Below, one piece after another: positions 60,182 through 64,000 of a stretch of DNA of 64,000 nt. A program made the position numbers and the translations under genes. The notes under the pieces are model-generated. The model was not told where the DNA came from. It saw nothing but the letters and a program-made list of their open reading frames with translations, and did no database searches. The number at the start of each line of letters is the position of its first letter. Position 1 is the stretch's first letter. Source of the DNA: Nitrososphaeria archaeon (lineage in GTDB: Archaea > Thermoproteota > Nitrososphaeria > Geothermarchaeales > JDFR-13); NCBI GenBank assembly GCA_027078545.1, contig JALWXN010000004.1, positions 672,001-736,000 on the forward strand, written 5' to 3'.

Positions 60182-61228
60182 ATGTCCGAGCCGAGGTGTA
60201 GCGAATGGTCACCACTCAAGGAGGGTGTCTTCAGGGGTGTCTGGGTCTATCTTGAGGTGGTGGATGGAGAGATTCATGAGGCTAGTCTACAGCTCCTATC
60301 CAAGGCCCGTGAGGTGGCCGATATCCTGGAGACCTATGTAGGTGGGGTACTTATTGGTAGCGGGGTCTCCCACCTCGCCGAGACTGCCTGGGAGTATGGC
60401 GTGGACAAGGTATTCCTCGTCGATGACGAGAGGCTTGAGAAGTATTCCCCACCGCTGTATGGCTATGTCGTCTCGGAGCTCTGTAGGGAGTATAGGCCTG
60501 AGGGCCTACTAGTGGCTGGTACACTGAGGGGTAGGGAGCTCGCCCCAAACATAGCGAACAACCTGAAGACCGGTATAACTGCTGATCTAACCATGGTCTC
60601 GGTGGATAAGGAGACGAGGGACATCATACTGATCAGGCCCCCCTTCGGTGCCTATATGCTAGCCCATATCAAGACGAGGTGGGGGAAGCCGGTGATGGGG
60701 AGTGTCAGGCCCAATGTATTCCCAATGCCTGAGAGAGAACCTGGTAGGAAGGGTGAGCTGGTGGAGTATAGCCTCGGCGAGCTTCCCAGCTATGGTGTCG
60801 AGCTCCTAGAGACTAGGAGGATCGAGAAGGCCGAGGAGATACCTATCGAGAAGGCCCGTGTAATAGTCGCTGGTGGGAAGGGGCTGGGTAGTAAGGAGGG
60901 CTTCAAACTACTGGAGGAGCTGGCGAACCTACTTGGGGGAGTCGTCGGTGGGAGTAGGAAGGCTGTGGACGCTGGGTGGATAAGCCATGATAGGCAGATT
61001 GGGCAGACTGGGAAGACGGTGAAGCCAGACCTCTACATAGCCGTGGGTATAAGCGGGGCTGCCCAGCACATCTTCGGGATTAGGGAGGCGAAGATAATCG
61101 TCGCGATAAATATCGACCGCTACGCCCCGATATTCGAGAACGCGGACTACGGCATTGTGGGCGACTATAGAGAGGTTATACCCCTCCTTATAGAGGAGAT
61201 AAAGAGGGTCAGGATGGAGCTCAGGTAG
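60182..61228 (+). CDS. fixB: Electron transfer flavoprotein alpha subunit
   Basis: TGITAD, GGKG, SR.AVD, QIGQTG, GISGA.QH. Confidence 0.92.
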   Translation: MSEPRCSEWSPLKEGVFRGVWVYLEVVDGEIHEASLQLLSKAREVADILETYVGGVLIGSGVSHLAETAWEYGVDKVFLVDDERLEKYSPPLYGYVVSELCREYRPEGLLVAGTLRGRELAPNIANNLKTGITADLTMVSVDKETRDIILIRPPFGAYMLAHIKTRWGKPVMGSVRPNVFPMPEREPGRKGELVEYSLGELPSYGVELLETRRIEKAEEIPIEKARVIVAGGKGLGSKEGFKLLEELANLLGGVVGGSRKAVDAGWISHDRQIGQTGKTVKPDLYIAVGISGAAQHIFGIREAKIIVAINIDRYAPIFENADYGIVGDYREVIPLLIEEIKRVRMELR

Positions 61229-61230
61229 GG

Positions 61231-62148
61231 CTAGGAGACGAGCTCCCTAAGCAGGTTCTCAAGCCCCGATCCACAGCTCTCCGCCAGTCTATAGACAGGG
61301 CTCTCCACGTCGTCTATCAATGTTCCTGAGAAGCGGAGTATCCTCGTGGCGAGTAGGAGCTTGGCAAGCTCACCAGTCATTATGGGTAGATCGGCTAGGT
61401 GGTCCACCATGAGGACGTACTCCTCCCTGTCAGAGTTCGTCCCCACGAGGTAGACGCTATTGATCGTCTTGAGGGCATCATCGACTATACGTCCATTCTC
61501 CAGTAGATCCATCATCGTCTTGTAGAGCCCCTGGTTATAGGCTAGGCCGCCCATCCTGAGCCTGGCCACAACATCTATCCCAATATCCTCGAAGGGGTTT
61601 ATAGCCCTCCAGTCCACCGTCCCTGTTGATCCCTGGGGTTCACCATCACCATGTATCACTAGGCGCCACCCACCCCTGATCCTGTTCTCCACCGCGAAGA
61701 GGTCGCGTACAACCCTCTCCAACACCCCTGATGCATAGGTGTTGCTCAGGTATAGCGTCGCCTCCACCTCCTCCTCAACAAGGTCTGAGAGGGGCTTCAC
61801 AAGCTCCATGTAGAGATACTGGTCTAGGGAGACCCTTCCCTTGAACCTCCCGGTGAACCCCGTCTCTGGGCATCTATACTCCCCCGTTACAGGGTATACA
61901 ATCACCCTGTAGTCGAAGCTGTTCTCCAGGCGGTATATAATGTCTTCATAGACGCCCCAGGCCGAGTATATCACGTTCTTATACTCGAACATGTGGAGCT
62001 CAGCCACCGCCACGTTATGTATGGCGGCGTCCTCACCCACGACTAGGATTATATAGTCCGGCTCCAGGCTGGAGAGGACCTCATCCAGCCTATGCCTAAG
62101 CTTGTGTACCTCCTCATCAGTCGCTATGGATCCTATGAAGAGCTTCAT
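61231..62148 (-). CDS. Hypothetical protein (possible degenerate Csx1-like CARF fold)
   Basis: Long ORF with host codon usage; ATG 62148 avoids head-to-head overlap; fold guess is weak. Confidence 0.55.
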   Translation of the reverse strand: MKLFIGSIATDEEVHKLRHRLDEVLSSLEPDYIILVVGEDAAIHNVAVAELHMFEYKNVIYSAWGVYEDIIYRLENSFDYRVIVYPVTGEYRCPETGFTGRFKGRVSLDQYLYMELVKPLSDLVEEEVEATLYLSNTYASGVLERVVRDLFAVENRIRGGWRLVIHGDGEPQGSTGTVDWRAINPFEDIGIDVVARLRMGGLAYNQGLYKTMMDLLENGRIVDDALKTINSVYLVGTNSDREEYVLMVDHLADLPIMTGELAKLLLATRILRFSGTLIDDVESPVYRLAESCGSGLENLLRELVS

Positions 62149-62219
62149 AGGATTGTGAATCCCAGGATATACGTTATAAATATAGTCGGCGGGAGAAATC
62201 AGTATGCCAGGGATGAGTA

Positions 62220-62930
62220 ATGGTATTATACACAACCCTATCAAGGGGCTCCTCCACATCTATAGGGGGGCAGAGGATAGAGCTTAGGGATGGGGATCCA
62301 CCCAGGTACGTGAGGGATGGTTATGAGGTACTTCTAGCGGGGATAGATAGGCTCCTCATACACCCCGCACCGCCGATCTACCTACCGATACTAGGGCTTT
62401 TCAGGCATGTGATGATACCGATAAAGCCGGCAGTAATAGTGGGGCCTAAGGCGGAGATAGAGGTTGTCAGGAGGGTGGTCACGGATATAGCCGTCTCCAC
62501 CCCTACAGAGGAGGTCGAGTATGTCGACGTCTTCCCCCTCAGGACGCCTAAGATGGCTGTATATGGTAGGACTGCCGACGGCCTACTCTGTAGATACATG
62601 TTCCCCGGCGAGGGGCCGGGCACTGTTGAGGTTAGGCTCAGGATCAGGAGTGACTGTAGACATCCCGTGACGCTCAGCAGGATAGTTGTCCCCACATCAC
62701 TATTCCGAATCTTCTACGCACCTGAGAGTGATAGGGCGGTGACAGCCCCACTAGACGTTACATTGGAGTGTGACGTCGCTGTGATAAGGGCTGGTGATGA
62801 GCCTGAGGACATGGTCCCAATACCGCTGGAGACGGAGAGGATGTTGACGAGGAGGATGCAGGTGGAGCCGAGGATACTGCGTACCGTTTTAGCACATGTC
62901 GAGGAGTTTATTATGGATAGGGGGTATTGA
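62220..62930 (+). CDS. DUF432-like protein
   Basis: P.PP..LP, VYG...GLLCRY pattern; precedes mscS as in other archaea. Confidence 0.7.
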   Translation: MVLYTTLSRGSSTSIGGQRIELRDGDPPRYVRDGYEVLLAGIDRLLIHPAPPIYLPILGLFRHVMIPIKPAVIVGPKAEIEVVRRVVTDIAVSTPTEEVEYVDVFPLRTPKMAVYGRTADGLLCRYMFPGEGPGTVEVRLRIRSDCRHPVTLSRIVVPTSLFRIFYAPESDRAVTAPLDVTLECDVAVIRAGDEPEDMVPIPLETERMLTRRMQVEPRILRTVLAHVEEFIMDRGY

Positions 62931-62933
62931 GGC

Positions 62934-63746
62934 ATGGCCAACATAGAGATCTTGGGCTTCCAGCTACCCTTCACATATCAACAGCTCTACAGCGGGGTAG
63001 TGACACTGGCATTCTTCGCGGTTCTAGGACTCATACTACGGGTAATCCTCTACAGGTATGGTGTCCGTGTCCTCCCCAAGAAGATCGCCGAGAGCATATC
63101 GAACACCGTATTCTACATACTGATCTTCATAGGCGTCCTGGGCCTACTGGGCAACCTAGGTGTAGACCCAACCAGCCTCGTGGTTGCCGGCGGCATAGCC
63201 GGACTAGCAATCGGCTTCGCCAGTAGGACGGTTGTCTCCAACCTCTTGAGCGGGATCTTCCTATACATCGATAGGCCGATTAAGGAGGGCGACCCAGTCG
63301 AGGTCGAGGGAGTCGGAGGAGTAGTGGAGGATATAAACGTACTCTCCACGAGGATAACCAGCTGGGACGGCGTCTTCCACAGGATACCCAATGAGAAGGT
63401 GTTCACCACCATTATAAAGAACTTCAGCAAGACCACGGCTAGGAGGGTGGAGTATAAGATAGGCATCTCGTATAAGGACGATGTAGACAAGGCGAGGGAG
63501 ATCATCTATAGGGTCATCGATGAGGAGCCCTTGGCACTGGTGGAACCGGGTCCACAGGTCTTCCTAGAGAGCCTGGGAGACTCGGCCCAGATACTGGCCG
63601 TCAGGTTCTGGGCACCCACTCCACAGTGGTTCACGGCGAAGACGAAGGTGTTGCAGAGGATTAAGGAGGCCTTCGACAGGGAGGGTATAGAGATACCGTT
63701 CCCGAGGAGGGTTGTCTATATAAAGGATGAGAGGGATATGGCCTAG
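62934..63746 (+). CDS. mscS: Small-conductance mechanosensitive channel
   Basis: GLAIGFA, GD.V, IPN, GIEIPFP. Confidence 0.92.
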   Translation: MANIEILGFQLPFTYQQLYSGVVTLAFFAVLGLILRVILYRYGVRVLPKKIAESISNTVFYILIFIGVLGLLGNLGVDPTSLVVAGGIAGLAIGFASRTVVSNLLSGIFLYIDRPIKEGDPVEVEGVGGVVEDINVLSTRITSWDGVFHRIPNEKVFTTIIKNFSKTTARRVEYKIGISYKDDVDKAREIIYRVIDEEPLALVEPGPQVFLESLGDSAQILAVRFWAPTPQWFTAKTKVLQRIKEAFDREGIEIPFPRRVVYIKDERDMA

Positions 63747-64000
63747 ATAGTCAGCCTCTTAACCGCCTCGACCTCGACCTCGGACCCGTCGTCGAACATT
63801 AGTATTACGCGGAGCCTATCCTCATCGGCTACGCGGGCACCCTTAAACATTATGTGGTAGCCACCCCTCTCAAGCCTGATCTCCCCACCCGGGGAGGCGC
63901 ATACCCTCTCGACAGGCCTCATCATCTCGACTCCTCCGCTACTCACCGTCTCGTGGAGAGTTACCTTCGCCTCGGGATAGTCCGGGAGCCTAGCCCCCAC
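63743..64000 (-). CDS. PCu(A)C copper chaperone (5' end outside window)
   Basis: LHET....MM....GG...L..GGYHIM copper-binding pattern. Confidence 0.75.
   Translation of the reverse strand: MGARLPDYPEAKVTLHETVSSGGVEMMRPVERVCASPGGEIRLERGGYHIMFKGARVADEDRLRVILMFDDGSEVEVEAVKRLTI

Noticed and set aside
711-63505. Many 60-230 aa ORFs antisense to or overlapping the called genes (e.g. 57674-58360, 12585-13127)
   Set aside because: Shadow frames of well-supported genes, with Ser/Pro/Arg-rich composition and no motifs.

Overview
Gene-dense archaeal chromosome segment. Heavy AGG/ATA/CTA codon use, GGTG ribosome-binding sites, GTG/TTG starts and genes such as dph6, ZPR1, apgM and tungsten AOR point to a thermophilic Thermoproteota (Desulfurococcales-like) host; this taxonomy is inference. 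About 60 CDS, mostly housekeeping or metabolic: htpX, two acdA, aor, acnA, fumC, guaB, nnr, pepN, fixCX/etf, cofE, mscS and ABC transporters. No rRNA, tRNA, CRISPR array or transposase was seen. Main highlights: (1) A dispersed N-oxide respiration set: a Tat-exported clade II nosZ-L-B-D-F-Y cluster, a heme-copper enzyme with gNOR-type substitutions and no CuA ligands, a stand-alone membrane-anchored CuA protein and a PCuAC chaperone. Three of these promoters share a YCC(T/A)AA-N4-TTAGGG palindrome, and a Cys-rich Bat/NarO-like regulator lies next to the NOR genes, suggesting an undescribed denitrification regulon. (2) A duplicated, AT-rich two-gene module: a secreted trypsin-like protease without a pro-domain, plus a membrane-anchored partner that may be a trans-acting pro-domain, chaperone or inhibitor. 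(3) A C/D-box sRNA with compensatory box changes whose guide matches the 16S rRNA 5' end. (4) A SipW-type peptidase operon with two pilin-like paralogues. (5) Two thiolase-fold proteins lacking the catalytic Cys, with two DUF35 partners. All calls come from motif reading by eye; no database searches were run.
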